A stretch of 64,000 nucleotides of DNA, from assembly GCA_938014885.1 (NCBI GenBank), contig CALLQI010000022.1:121679-185678 (forward strand), given 5' to 3'. A program made the position numbers and the translations under genes. This DNA is from an uncultured bacterium (GTDB taxonomy: Bacteria; Planctomycetota; UBA8742; UBA2392). The notes below the pieces were generated by a model. That model ran no database searches and had not been told where the DNA came from. It saw only the letters and a list, made by a program, of their open reading frames with translations. Within the stretch, counting starts at the first letter, position 1, and every line of letters starts with the position of its first letter. Below are positions 19,476 to 29,354 of the stretch, piece by piece.

Positions 19476-20203
19476 TGCAGCATCCGCTCCAGGTCAGAAC
19501 GCAGGTCGCTGTTCAGAGCAACACACGGGAAGCCGCGCGCCGTGAACAGCACGCCCGGGATGTGCTGCAACGCCTTTAATGCCGCCGCCAGTTGCGGCTC
19601 GTTCACTTCGGCCTCAAGGTCATACAGGCTTATCCGCCGCGCCGCCGTGTACAGGAAAATCAGCACTCGTGTGGCCGGCCACGGATCAGCGGCGCGCAAG
19701 GCTCCGGCATCCCAGAAGTGCTGTACAGCAAGGCCGAACAGCCAGGCCGGGATCGTGAGCAGATTGACCAGCGTGTTGCCTTCTTCGGCCTCGCGGGTGT
19801 CCTGGGTTTCAACCAGCGCGCTTGGCGTGAACTGTTCGTCGATGATGCGCACTGTGCCTGAGGCGAGCTTCGTGACATGGCCCTTCTTGCGCCCCCATAT
19901 CCAGTACACGGGATGCATGAGTATCAGAACCACCAGAGGAAGGATGAAGACCCAGACGCCCAGCACATCGCCCGCATGCGCACCCGCATAGCGACCACCC
20001 CTGGCGACGACCGCGACGGACAGCCACACCAGAATCACGTACACAACCACATGCGCGACAACAGACAGCGCCGTCAACGCCGCCACCGAATACAGGCTGT
20101 GCAAGGCATGTTTGCGAAGCTCGCGCGTCAGCCAGCCATGCACAAACTCGGTGGCCTCGCCACGCCGCAAGCCTTCCATCGTCTGGGAGGTGCCCCCTGC
20201 CAT
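19472..20203 (-). CDS. membrane protein, unknown function
   Basis: Long hydrophobic segments (VVAHVVVYVILVWLSVAVV; ILPLVVLILMHPVYWIW); first gene of a same-strand four-gene cluster ending with the STAND phosphatase. Confidence 0.5.
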   Translation of the reverse strand: MAGGTSQTMEGLRRGEATEFVHGWLTRELRKHALHSLYSVAALTALSVVAHVVVYVILVWLSVAVVARGGRYAGAHAGDVLGVWVFILPLVVLILMHPVYWIWGRKKGHVTKLASGTVRIIDEQFTPSALVETQDTREAEEGNTLVNLLTIPAWLFGLAVQHFWDAGALRAADPWPATRVLIFLYTAARRISLYDLEAEVNEPQLAAALKALQHIPGVLFTARGFPCVALNSDLRSDLERMLQ

Positions 20204-20580
20204 GCAGACATTCTGCGAATCGCCGCGCGACCAGGCCGCTACAAAACCAGACCCGATTTCGCCGCCCGGTCAAAGGCGCGCAGCGCCGGGCAACGATACG
20301 CTGTCCGCTTTGCGGGCTTCCCGCGATGCAGGCCGCCACAGCCGGGTCGCTCCTCCGTGGCTTCTGTGCTCTCTGCTGTGAACGCTGTTAAAGGAGGGCG
20401 GGCGCGGTTTGCCTTGTCTTGCAAGGCTCTCCGCGCCCGTTCTTGGCCTGTCCCCGGGTCGTTTGCGGCCCTGGTCGCCACGTTGCCGGGGGAGGCAACG
20501 GTAGGTGGCGGGAGCCGCCTCGCCTGAGGCAGGGTCGGGTGTTTCCCGACACCCCTACAGTACGGCCTCAGGTCCCCGGC

Positions 20581-20620
20581 CGCGATTACAACGCACCCCG
20601 GCATTTATACCGGGGTGCGC
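20581..20620 (-). terminator. candidate rho-independent terminator downstream of the GspE-family gene
   Basis: Hairpin gcaccccgg-cattta-ta-ccggggtgc; on the minus strand it is followed by GTTGTAATCG. Confidence 0.4.
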
Positions 20621-20644
20621 TGCAAGAACCGACCGCATATTGTT

Positions 20645-22348
20645 CTAGAAGGTGTCGCGCTGGGTGATGCTGGCGATTTCGGCCAGTGTTGTCTGACCGA
20701 GCATCGACTTGCGAATCCCGTCCATACGCAGGGTACGCAGCCCGCCGTTCTTCACCGCCAGGCGCTTGATCTCGCCGGCGGGGGCCTTGTCGATGATCTG
20801 CTGCTTGATTGTTTCCGAAATCGGCATCACTTCGTGAATCGCGGTTCGCCCCGTGTAGCCGGTCTTGAAGCACACCTCACACCCGCGGCCGTGCCAGAGG
20901 TGCCCGCCCGGGATGTCCGACATCTGCAAGTCAAAGGCCCGCAACTGCGCGTCATCGGGCACGTACTCAGCGCGGCATTCCTTGCAGATGCGGCGCACAA
21001 GGCGCTGCGCGGCCACGAAGATAACCGACGACGAAACCAGGAAGGGCTCAACGCCAAGGTCCACCAGACGCGTGACGGTGCTGGGTGCGTCGTTGGTGTG
21101 CAGCGTGCTGAACACCAAGTGACCGGTCAACGCGGACTGGATCGCGATCTGGCCGGTTTCAAGGTCGCGGATTTCGCCGACCAGGATCACGTCCGGGTCC
21201 TGTCGCACGAAGCTGCGCAGTGCCTTGGCGAACGTCAGGCCCTTCTTCTCATTCACTTCCACCTGGGAAGCACCGGGCATCTGGTACTCAATCGGATCCT
21301 CAATCGTGAGGATGTTGATGTCCGGCCGGTTGATGCTGCCGATGGCGGCGTACAGCGTGGTCGTCTTGCCGCTGCCCGTGGGGCCCGTCAGCAGGATGAT
21401 GCCGTTGCTGTATTCAAGGTACGTGCGGAAGGCTTCTTCGTTGTCGGGCATGAAGCCGATGTCGGCGAGGTTGAAAGTCTTGTTCGTCTTCTCCAACAGA
21501 CGAATCACCGCGCGCTCGCCGTGGTTGGTCGGGATCGTGCTGATACGCAAGTCCACTTCGTTGTCGCCCATCTTCACGCTTGCGCGGCCGTCCTGCGGCA
21601 GGCGGCGCTCGGCAATGTCCATGCGGCCCATGACCTTGATGCGCGCGATGATCGCGTCCTGCAGCTTCTTGCTGGGCGTCATCACGTCGTACAGCACGCC
21701 GTCAACGCGATAACGGATCTGGAGTTTGTGTTCGCTGGGCTGGATGTGAATGTCGCTGGCCCGCATGCGAAGCGACTGGCTGAAGATGGTGTTCACCAGC
21801 TTGATGATCGGCGCCGCGGTGGCGATGTTGAGGATGTCTGTCTTTTCATCGAACTCGATGTCGGTGTCGAGCATGCCCTCCTTCTCAAGCTCGGCCTCGA
21901 CTTCGTCGCTGACTTCGGTTTTCTGCGCGTAGGTGCGGTTGATCAGCTCGCTGATTTCGCTGCGTGATGCCAGCACCGGCTCAATCGGCTGGCGCAGCAT
22001 GCCTGCCAGTTCGTCCATCGGGTACAGGTCAAGCGGGCGGCAGGTGGCGACGCGCATGCTGCCGCGCGTTTCATCCAGCGCAACCAGATTGTAGTTGCGC
22101 GCGAAGTTTACGGGTACGCGCTCAGCAAAGCGCGGGTTGGGCTTGTACTTGGTCAGGTCGGCTTCAAGAGTCAGCCCAAGCTGTGTGGCGAAAAACTCGA
22201 GCATCTCGTGCTCGGTCAAAATGCCGCTTTCGACCAGTGCGGTGTCCAGGTGGTCGCCGCTTTCGCGCGCCTTGGCCAGCATGGACTGCACTTTGTCTTC
22301 GCGTACGCCGCGTTCATCAATCAGGTACTTGGTCAGCAGTTGCGACAT
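20645..22348 (-). CDS. gspE: type II secretion / type IV pilus assembly ATPase (GspE/PilB family)
   Basis: N-terminal T2SS-E N domain, Walker A LLTGPTGSGKTTTLYA, Asp and His boxes, C-terminal tetracysteine CKECR...GRGCEVC. Confidence 0.9.
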   Translation of the reverse strand: MSQLLTKYLIDERGVREDKVQSMLAKARESGDHLDTALVESGILTEHEMLEFFATQLGLTLEADLTKYKPNPRFAERVPVNFARNYNLVALDETRGSMRVATCRPLDLYPMDELAGMLRQPIEPVLASRSEISELINRTYAQKTEVSDEVEAELEKEGMLDTDIEFDEKTDILNIATAAPIIKLVNTIFSQSLRMRASDIHIQPSEHKLQIRYRVDGVLYDVMTPSKKLQDAIIARIKVMGRMDIAERRLPQDGRASVKMGDNEVDLRISTIPTNHGERAVIRLLEKTNKTFNLADIGFMPDNEEAFRTYLEYSNGIILLTGPTGSGKTTTLYAAIGSINRPDINILTIEDPIEYQMPGASQVEVNEKKGLTFAKALRSFVRQDPDVILVGEIRDLETGQIAIQSALTGHLVFSTLHTNDAPSTVTRLVDLGVEPFLVSSSVIFVAAQRLVRRICKECRAEYVPDDAQLRAFDLQMSDIPGGHLWHGRGCEVCFKTGYTGRTAIHEVMPISETIKQQIIDKAPAGEIKRLAVKNGGLRTLRMDGIRKSMLGQTTLAEIASITQRDTF

Positions 22349-22403
22349 GGCGGCCTCACGGAGTTTCAGCCCGGTTTAACGTACGGGCCGGCAAGCGGTT
22401 GGG

Positions 22404-23510
22404 CTAATTCGCGGGGGCTTCCGGTGCGGCCGCGACAGGTGTCGGCTCTGCGGCCTGCTGCGCGTCGTGGCGCTTGCGGGCCTCTTCGGCCTGTTCGGCG
22501 GTCTGCTTGGGCGTCAGCACGGACTCAAGCTTTTCGCGCGCGACCATGATCTGGCTGAAGACGATGCCGTCGCAGTGGTATCGCATCAGCAGGTAAACAA
22601 TCAGGTCGCACACCAGCGCCACCACCAGCAGCCACGCCACTACCAGCACTACGCTGGACCAGAACAGCGTCGCCATGCCCATGGCCATGGTGTTGCCCGA
22701 AGGTTTACCGCGCACCGCTGCGGCAACGTCGGTCACCAGGCCCTCAGGCCCCACCATCCACACCGCGCCGGCCGCACAGCCCCAGGTGACAGCCAGCACC
22801 AGCAAGCCCAGCGCCGCCGCCAGCAGCGTCACGCAGACTTTGCAGCCCATGTACAGGGCATAGCGCCCGGGTTGCTGGATCAGGTAGCTGACGGGGCGCG
22901 ACGCGGCCTCAAAGTAATCGCGGCCTTCGACCATGGCCGTCGGTGCCATCATCGGCGCGGCGGCAATCGCGGACAGCAGCATCAAAGCACCCAGCAGCGC
23001 CACAATCGTGACCGGCAGCAGCAGCAGCACGGCGATCCCGGCGCCGATATCTCCCGGCAGGTGCGTCAGCAGGGCCCCGGGCAGCAGAAGCAGCAAGGCG
23101 CCGGCGCCCGGCAGGCACGCCATGGCAGGGGCGAAGGCCGCTTGCCGGCAAAGGTACGGGTGCGGCAGGCCCTTTTCGCGTTCATCACGGGCGATGTCAT
23201 AGGCCGCGCTGCGCAGGATCGGCGACGACAGGTAGGCGAATCCCAGCCACCAGCCCGAAAGCGCCAGCAGCAGGTAGGCAGCCCTGCCGGGCGTCATCGG
23301 CAACTCAAGCAGCGTGTGAATCGCCCAGGCCGGGCCGTCGGTCCACATCGACTCGCCGGCGTCAACACGCCAGGCAAGCACGGTCATCACGCCGATCACA
23401 ACCAGCGAAGTCCACACCAGGGCAGCGCCGGCGTGTACGATGCGGCGCACATCCAAGGCCAGCCCAAAGGCGAGCTTGAAATCGCGCAAATCGTGGCGAT
23501 GAAACCGCAT
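22404..23510 (-). CDS. polytopic inner-membrane protein of unknown function, immediately upstream of gspE
   Basis: 8 or more hydrophobic helices; C-terminal soluble tail KQTAEQAEEARKRHDAQQAAEPTPVAAAPEAPAN; 56-bp gap to gspE on the same strand. Confidence 0.5.
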   Translation of the reverse strand: MRFHRHDLRDFKLAFGLALDVRRIVHAGAALVWTSLVVIGVMTVLAWRVDAGESMWTDGPAWAIHTLLELPMTPGRAAYLLLALSGWWLGFAYLSSPILRSAAYDIARDEREKGLPHPYLCRQAAFAPAMACLPGAGALLLLLPGALLTHLPGDIGAGIAVLLLLPVTIVALLGALMLLSAIAAAPMMAPTAMVEGRDYFEAASRPVSYLIQQPGRYALYMGCKVCVTLLAAALGLLVLAVTWGCAAGAVWMVGPEGLVTDVAAAVRGKPSGNTMAMGMATLFWSSVVLVVAWLLVVALVCDLIVYLLMRYHCDGIVFSQIMVAREKLESVLTPKQTAEQAEEARKRHDAQQAAEPTPVAAAPEAPAN

Positions 23511-23592
23511 CGGCGGAAGTCTACGGGCAGCAAGTAGGGATGCAAGCGGTGTTGACCCAAAGCAAGGCCGCGCCTACAGTTTCAGCCCGCCC

Positions 23593-24699
23593 ATGGCCAA
23601 ACCAAACTCCAAGCGCAAGTCAGGTCCCATAACCAAAGCCTTCCTTAAGGGCCTATCGATCCTGCTGCCGGCGGTGATCACGATTGCGATTTTCGCGTGG
23701 GCCTGGGACATCCTGCGCACGAACGTGGTTGAGCTGACCATTTCGGGCGTGGACATGATCGCCGTGTTCCCTGAGCGCGAACTGTCCAGCGCGGAAATTG
23801 AACACCTGCGCGTCAACCGGCCCGCCAAGTACGACGTGTACCAAGCCTGGATCAAGGGCGAACAGCCTATCCCTTCCGGCATCAACGGCGAACGCACCCA
23901 GCGCATGGTGCTGGTTGGCGACCTGCCCGAAGAGTCATGGGGCTACTCACCGCCCATGAAGCCACGCGGCCTGCTGCAATACATCCTGGATGCCAACCAG
24001 TGGCGGCGCGAGTACCACCCCGTCACCGGCCGCCCAGAGCGCTATCACTGGTTTGATTATCTGCTGGCCAGCGTGCTGGGCCTTGTTCTGGTTGTGCTGC
24101 TGGGCTTTCTGGCGCGTAACTTCATCGGCCGCAGGTTTGTGTCGCTGCTGGAATGGTTCGTGACGCGGGTTCCTGTTGTGAAGTCGATCTATCCGCACGC
24201 CAAGCAGCTTGTGGACTTCTTCTTCACAGACAACAAGCCGATTGAGTTCGACACCGTCGCCATCGTTGAGTACCCGCGCGTGGGGCTGTGGTCGATCTGC
24301 TTCGTGACGGGCTCAGGCCTGAAGACGCTGCAGGACACCACCAAGCGCCGCCTGGTTACGATTTATGTGCCCAGCAGCCCGGCACCGATGACCGGCTACA
24401 CCATGCTGGTGGCCGCGGAAGAAGTAATCCCCGTGGACATGAGCGTCGAAGACGCGATGAAGTTCGTGATCAGCGGCGGTGTGCTGGCACCGAAAGAAGA
24501 GCTGGTCAAGCCCGCCAGCGGCGCGCAGTACGCGCTGTCGCACACGATCAACGAACAGATCCGCAAGCGCCAGACCACAATGCTGAAGAAGGTCGAAAAG
24601 GAAGTAACGCAGGCGGCCTCAGAGGCCGAAGCGGACAGCAACCGGCAGGAAGCCGCGACCGACAAGCTGCCCGAGCAATCCACCGACAAAAAATCGTAG
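23593..24699 (+). CDS. DUF502-family membrane protein (extended form)
   Basis: N-terminal TM, then KSIYPHAKQLVDFF..FDTVAIVEYPRVGLWSICFVTG, the DUF502 signature (compare ..FRQVVLVEYPRRGIWSIGFVTG). Confidence 0.6.
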   Translation: MAKPNSKRKSGPITKAFLKGLSILLPAVITIAIFAWAWDILRTNVVELTISGVDMIAVFPERELSSAEIEHLRVNRPAKYDVYQAWIKGEQPIPSGINGERTQRMVLVGDLPEESWGYSPPMKPRGLLQYILDANQWRREYHPVTGRPERYHWFDYLLASVLGLVLVVLLGFLARNFIGRRFVSLLEWFVTRVPVVKSIYPHAKQLVDFFFTDNKPIEFDTVAIVEYPRVGLWSICFVTGSGLKTLQDTTKRRLVTIYVPSSPAPMTGYTMLVAAEEVIPVDMSVEDAMKFVISGGVLAPKEELVKPASGAQYALSHTINEQIRKRQTTMLKKVEKEVTQAASEAEADSNRQEAATDKLPEQSTDKKS

Positions 24700-24704
24700 G
24701 GGTT

Positions 24705-24934
24705 TCAGCTGCGGCCGCCGGGGACACGAATCTCGTGGGCCACGTCGCCGCGCGGGGTGCTTTCGACCAGGAACTCAACTTCCTGGCCCGGCTTCAGTTG
24801 AATCAGGCCATCACCGCGAAACGCGCCGTAGTGCAGGAACACGTCAGGCGCGCCGCGCCGGGCCGCATAGCCATAGCCTTTGCGCGGGTCGTACCATTTC
24901 ACAGTGCCGGATGTCTGAAGGCGGGTTGTGGGCA
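24705..24934 (-). CDS. cold-shock domain protein (CspA family)
   Basis: GTVKWYDPRKGYGYAARRGAPDVFLHYGAF (RNP1/RNP2-like motifs); start placed at the internal ATG giving about 76 aa. Confidence 0.8.
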
Positions 24935-25320
24935 TCGCGCAATTGTTGCTTGCCCTGATTCGAAAGTCCACAAAGCGCAGAACAAGAGCCCGAAGCAGCT
25001 TGCGCAGCAAGCGCACCGCAGGCAACGCAACGCGGTGCCGAGGAGGCGAAGGGTAGACGCGCAAGCACGTCGCCAGAATACGATTGCACTACCCCGTGTG
25101 CATTCGTGTAAATCATTCTTATCAAGATGGTTACGAAACCAGGTGCAGTCTGCTTTTCGTCCACTTGGATTGAACTTCAAGCTTGAACCACCGTTCATAT
25201 ATGTCGGACTGGCAGCGTGGTTGGCTGCCGGCAACGGAATTTGTGCGCGCCTGTCAGGTTGCACTGTCCTGCGCGTACTACGTGTGCTTGGTGTACTCGT
25301 GCTTTGACTGGCTGGCTGAC

Positions 25321-27654
25321 ATGACCCCTGACTTCGGCAACCTTGTGGACTTCCTGCGTGGCGAGCTTGACTCGCCTGGCGCTGAGGCCGTCCGCCGGCG
25401 CCTGGAGTCCGACGCCGAATACTTCGCCTTGTTCCAGCGCCTGCGCCGCACTTACGCCGTGCTGCGTTCGCTGCCGCGCATTGGCCATGCCACCGCTGCC
25501 GCCAACCCGGCGGCCGCGATCCCGCTGACGCAGCCAACACCTGAATTCATCGCCGACGTGCGCCGCGAATTTGAAGCCCGCCACTGGCACGGCCTGTTGC
25601 CGTTGCTGCTGCCGGCACCCGCGTTTGTTTCCGCGCTGCGCGCCGAGTTTTCGGTGCGCGGCCTGCTGGCTTCGATCCCGATGTTGCTGCCGCCCGCGCA
25701 ATGGATGGCGCTGCTGCGCGCCGAGTACGGCATGCGCGCAGCCACGGCTAGCCTGCCACTGATCCGCGCCCGCGCGGCCTGGGTCGGCGAGTTGCGCCGC
25801 GAATTCAGCATCCGTGCGCTTGTGGCAAGCATCCCCGAAATCGCCGTGCGGCCGGAATTCGCCGCCGCCCTGCGCGCCGAGTTCAAGCAGCGCGCGCTGC
25901 ACGCCAGTGTGCCGCAACTTTCGGTGCGCGACGGCTTCCGTCGCAAGCTGGCGGTGGCACTGTTCGAGACCGGCAGCCCGATCGCGGCCGATCACGCGCC
26001 CGTCGCAGGCGCATCGCCCGTTACTGCTTTGCCGGTGACAGCCTTGCCGGTGGTTGAAGCGCGCGATTCATTCCGGCGGCGCCTCTTCCGCAAGCTCAGC
26101 ATGGCCGGCCGGCGCTCGCCCCGTGCGGAACCCCGGCGCGTCAACGTGGCCGAGTATCACTGGGGTCGCGAAATCTCACGCGGGGTGCGCAGCTCGCGCA
26201 AGTCACTGGCGATCACGTCGGCATTGCACGTTATTGCAATCACCATCATGTTGTTCGTGTTCGTTCGCCCGGACAGCCTTTCCGGCGAACCGCGCATCGC
26301 GCAGATGACCGGCGAATCCGTGGCCATGCCTCAGCTTCCCGGCGAAGTGGGCGACCCGCCGCGCTTCACGGCCGACTCGGGCCTGAACTTGTCGGGTGCC
26401 AACCCGGACTGGTCTTCGATCAATGAAGTGGACGCGATCGGCCTGGACAGTTCGGATCTGCTGCCGCCCAGCCGCGAAGTGACTGAGCCCGAGGCCGAAC
26501 AACCGGTTCCGATACCCGACACCCTGCACGGCAGCCCGTTGGCGCAACCAGACGTGCTGCGCGACAACGTCGCCGGTTTCTTCCGCCTGCGTGGCTCAAG
26601 CCGCGAACAGAAGGTGGCCTACTTGGGCAGCGAAGAGCTGTACGCGGCACTTGACCGCGCCCTGTTGTGGCTGCAGCGCAACCAGCAGGCTGAGGGCAAC
26701 TGGGGCCACGTCGGCGTCGCCGACATGCGTACCATCCCGCAGGACCCCGACCTGCTTGAAGTCGCGCAGCTTGAACTGACCAGCGTGGCACTGCTTGCGT
26801 TCCTCGGCGACGGCCACAGCAGCACGACTTCACCGATGCAGTACGACGTTTCGGTGCGGCGCGGCCTGGCATGGCTTCTGAAATCGCAGCGCGCCAACGG
26901 CCAGTTCGGGCCTGAGGCCAAAGGCAGCGTGCTTGTGCACGCCATGGCCACGCTGGCACTTGCCGAAGAGTTCGGCCTGACGCGCGACGCCCGTTTGCGT
27001 GAGCCTTTGCGCGCGGCCTGCCGCTGGCTGTGCGCGGTGCAGTCCGTGGGCCCCGATGGCAAAGCCAACGGCGGCTTCCCGTTCCTGATCGGACAAAGGG
27101 CCAGCTTGATGACCAGCGTGTGGGCCTACATGGCGCTGGCAACCGCGCGCCACGTGCGCGTGCCGCCCATCGACCTGCCACAGCAGCGCCTGGATGCGTT
27201 CCTGACCTGGTATGATCGCGAGACCCGCGGTGCGCTGCTCACTGACGAAGCCGCGCTGCTGGTGCAGTCTGACCTGCTGCCCTCGGCGGCAGCCGGCGCG
27301 CTTTCACTGTTTGCCGTGGACGCGGGCTTTGACAACCTGGGCCCGAACTTTGCCCAGCGCGTCGGGCGCGAATTGCCTACCTTGGACCCCAAGGCCTCAC
27401 GCCGCAGTGACAATTCCGACGTGCGCTATCACTTCTTCGGCAGCCTGACATGCGCACTAAACGCCCAACGCGGCGGGGCCAAGGCAGCCGAATGGCAGTC
27501 AACCTTCGCCGCCACGGTGCTGAAGCACCAGAATCAACAAGGCTGGTTTGAAGCCACCAGCGACTACGGCAGCCTGTACGGCCGCGTGCTGGGCACGGCC
27601 ATGACCGCGCTGGCCATCGAGAACGCTTACCGCGTCAGCATCCTCAGCAAGTAG
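25321..27654 (+). CDS. membrane-anchored protein: anti-sigma-factor-like N-terminus, about 5 tandem 22-aa repeats, single TM helix, periplasmic prenyltransferase/squalene-oxidase-like repeat domain
   Basis: N-terminus MTPDFGNLVDFLRGELDSPGAEAVRRRLESDAEYFALF; repeats ..LRAEFxxRxLxASxPxL..; TM SLAITSALHVIAITIMLFVFV; C-terminal QxxxGxW-type repeats (QQAEGNWGH, QRANGQFGPE, PDGKANGGFPF). Confidence 0.55.
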   Translation: MTPDFGNLVDFLRGELDSPGAEAVRRRLESDAEYFALFQRLRRTYAVLRSLPRIGHATAAANPAAAIPLTQPTPEFIADVRREFEARHWHGLLPLLLPAPAFVSALRAEFSVRGLLASIPMLLPPAQWMALLRAEYGMRAATASLPLIRARAAWVGELRREFSIRALVASIPEIAVRPEFAAALRAEFKQRALHASVPQLSVRDGFRRKLAVALFETGSPIAADHAPVAGASPVTALPVTALPVVEARDSFRRRLFRKLSMAGRRSPRAEPRRVNVAEYHWGREISRGVRSSRKSLAITSALHVIAITIMLFVFVRPDSLSGEPRIAQMTGESVAMPQLPGEVGDPPRFTADSGLNLSGANPDWSSINEVDAIGLDSSDLLPPSREVTEPEAEQPVPIPDTLHGSPLAQPDVLRDNVAGFFRLRGSSREQKVAYLGSEELYAALDRALLWLQRNQQAEGNWGHVGVADMRTIPQDPDLLEVAQLELTSVALLAFLGDGHSSTTSPMQYDVSVRRGLAWLLKSQRANGQFGPEAKGSVLVHAMATLALAEEFGLTRDARLREPLRAACRWLCAVQSVGPDGKANGGFPFLIGQRASLMTSVWAYMALATARHVRVPPIDLPQQRLDAFLTWYDRETRGALLTDEAALLVQSDLLPSAAAGALSLFAVDAGFDNLGPNFAQRVGRELPTLDPKASRRSDNSDVRYHFFGSLTCALNAQRGGAKAAEWQSTFAATVLKHQNQQGWFEATSDYGSLYGRVLGTAMTALAIENAYRVSILSK

Positions 27655-27885
27655 CCTCGTCGTGACACCCGCACCTGCCTGCAACATTCCCGTTCTCGTG
27701 ATCGGGATTCCGGTCATTTCTCGAAAGCACACAGGCCAGTCAATTCATGCCCCTGTTTGGGAAGTAAGTCTGAGTCTGCAATCGTTACCTATCCTATGGT
27801 GGCGTTATGATTTGACGTCACTATCGTCTTTGTGAACTTGCACGGGCGCATACTCGTCCGGACCCTGAGCACGAAAGCCATCACC

Positions 27886-29259
27886 ATGAAAGAGTTCCTC
27901 ACCGCGCTGGCTAAGAAGGCTGACGCTGACTACTGCGAAATCCGCCTCGAAGACAGCATGCAGACCAGCCTTGCCTATCTGGGCGAAGACCTCGAGAACG
28001 TGCAGGAGTCCCACATGTACGGCGGCAACGTCCGCGTCGTCGTAGACGGCTGCTGGGGCTTCGTGACGTTCAACAACGTCGATGAAATCGAACGCCGCAT
28101 GCGTGAGGCCGTCACCAACGCCCGCGCCGCCGCCCGCCACGCCAAGGACCGCAGTGTGCTGGCGCAAGTACAGCCAGTGGAAGCCACAGTCAAGCTGAAC
28201 GTGCGCACCGACCCGCGCAAGGTCTCGCTGGACGACAAGATCGCGCTGTTCGGCGGCTACAATCAGATCCTGCTGCGCCACCCCGGCGTCACCAGCACCA
28301 ACCTGCGTTACTTCGACAAGTACAGCCGCATCTACTTTGCCAACAGTGAAGGTACGTGGCTGGATCGCGAAGCCATCGACATGGGTATGGGAGCCAGCGC
28401 GATTTCGCGTAAAGACGGCACCACCGCCCGCGGCAGCGCCAGCCAGGGCGGCCGCGCGGACTTTGACATCTTCCGCGGCATGGAAGCCGAGATGCATGAG
28501 GCTGCGAAGACCGCCGTCGAAGGCGCATCAGCCAGCGTAATTGAAGGCGGCAACTATACGGTGGTCTGCGACCCCAACCTGGCAGGCGTGTTCGTGCACG
28601 AAGCCTTCGGGCACCTTAGTGAAGGCGACAACGTCGCCGACGACCCGCGCATGCAGGAAGTGCTGAAGCTCGGGCGCAAGTTCGGCGACGGCTACCTCAA
28701 CATCTACGACACCGGCCTCGATGAAGGACTGCGCGGCTATCTCGCGTACGACGACGAAGGCGTGAAGACGGAAAAGACCTGGCTGATCCGCGAGGGCGAG
28801 CTGGTAGGCCGCCTGCACAGCCGCGAAACCGCAGGCCGCATGGGCGAAAAGCCCACCGGCAACGCCCGCGCCATCAGCTACAAGTTCCCGCCGATTCCGC
28901 GCATGCGCAACACCTGCATCGGCAACGGCCCGCACGGCAGCTTTGACGACCTGATCAAGGACGTGAAGCTGGGCGTCTACGCCATCGACAGCGCCGGCGG
29001 CCAGACCAACGGCGAACTGTTCACCTTCACGGCCGGCGAGGCCTTCATGATCCGCAACGGCAAACTGGCCGAACGCGTCCGCGACGTAACCCTCGGCGGC
29101 AACGTGTTCGACACACTCCGCAACATCACCGGTGTGGCCGGCGACTACAACGTCCACGACAGCGCCGGCGGCTGCGGCAAAGGCGGCCAGATGCCGCTGC
29201 CCGTAAGCCACGGAAGCCCGCACATCAAGATCAAGGACGTGGTAATCGGCGGCAGGTAG
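27886..29259 (+). CDS. tldD: metalloprotease TldD
   Basis: HEAFGHLSEGD zinc-binding motif and overall TldD/PmbA-family pattern; start placed at MKEFLTALAKKADADYCEIRLED. Confidence 0.85.
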   Translation: MKEFLTALAKKADADYCEIRLEDSMQTSLAYLGEDLENVQESHMYGGNVRVVVDGCWGFVTFNNVDEIERRMREAVTNARAAARHAKDRSVLAQVQPVEATVKLNVRTDPRKVSLDDKIALFGGYNQILLRHPGVTSTNLRYFDKYSRIYFANSEGTWLDREAIDMGMGASAISRKDGTTARGSASQGGRADFDIFRGMEAEMHEAAKTAVEGASASVIEGGNYTVVCDPNLAGVFVHEAFGHLSEGDNVADDPRMQEVLKLGRKFGDGYLNIYDTGLDEGLRGYLAYDDEGVKTEKTWLIREGELVGRLHSRETAGRMGEKPTGNARAISYKFPPIPRMRNTCIGNGPHGSFDDLIKDVKLGVYAIDSAGGQTNGELFTFTAGEAFMIRNGKLAERVRDVTLGGNVFDTLRNITGVAGDYNVHDSAGGCGKGGQMPLPVSHGSPHIKIKDVVIGGR

Positions 29260-29262
29260 TAT

Positions 29263-29338
29263 CAGGTGCTCGGTGCCCAGTGCTCGGTGCTCGGGACGGC
29301 TTGCAACTGCGGAACTTCTTAACTGCGGGAACTGCGTT
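29263..29338. repeat. left arm of a long imperfect inverted repeat flanking the four-helix-bundle gene
   Basis: caGGTGCTCGGTGcccaGTGCTCGGTGCTCGGg...AACTGCGgaacttcttAACTGCGggAACTGCG; the reverse complement recurs at 29765..29853. Confidence 0.7.
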
Positions 29339-29354
29339 GTCTTGAGGGACTGGG

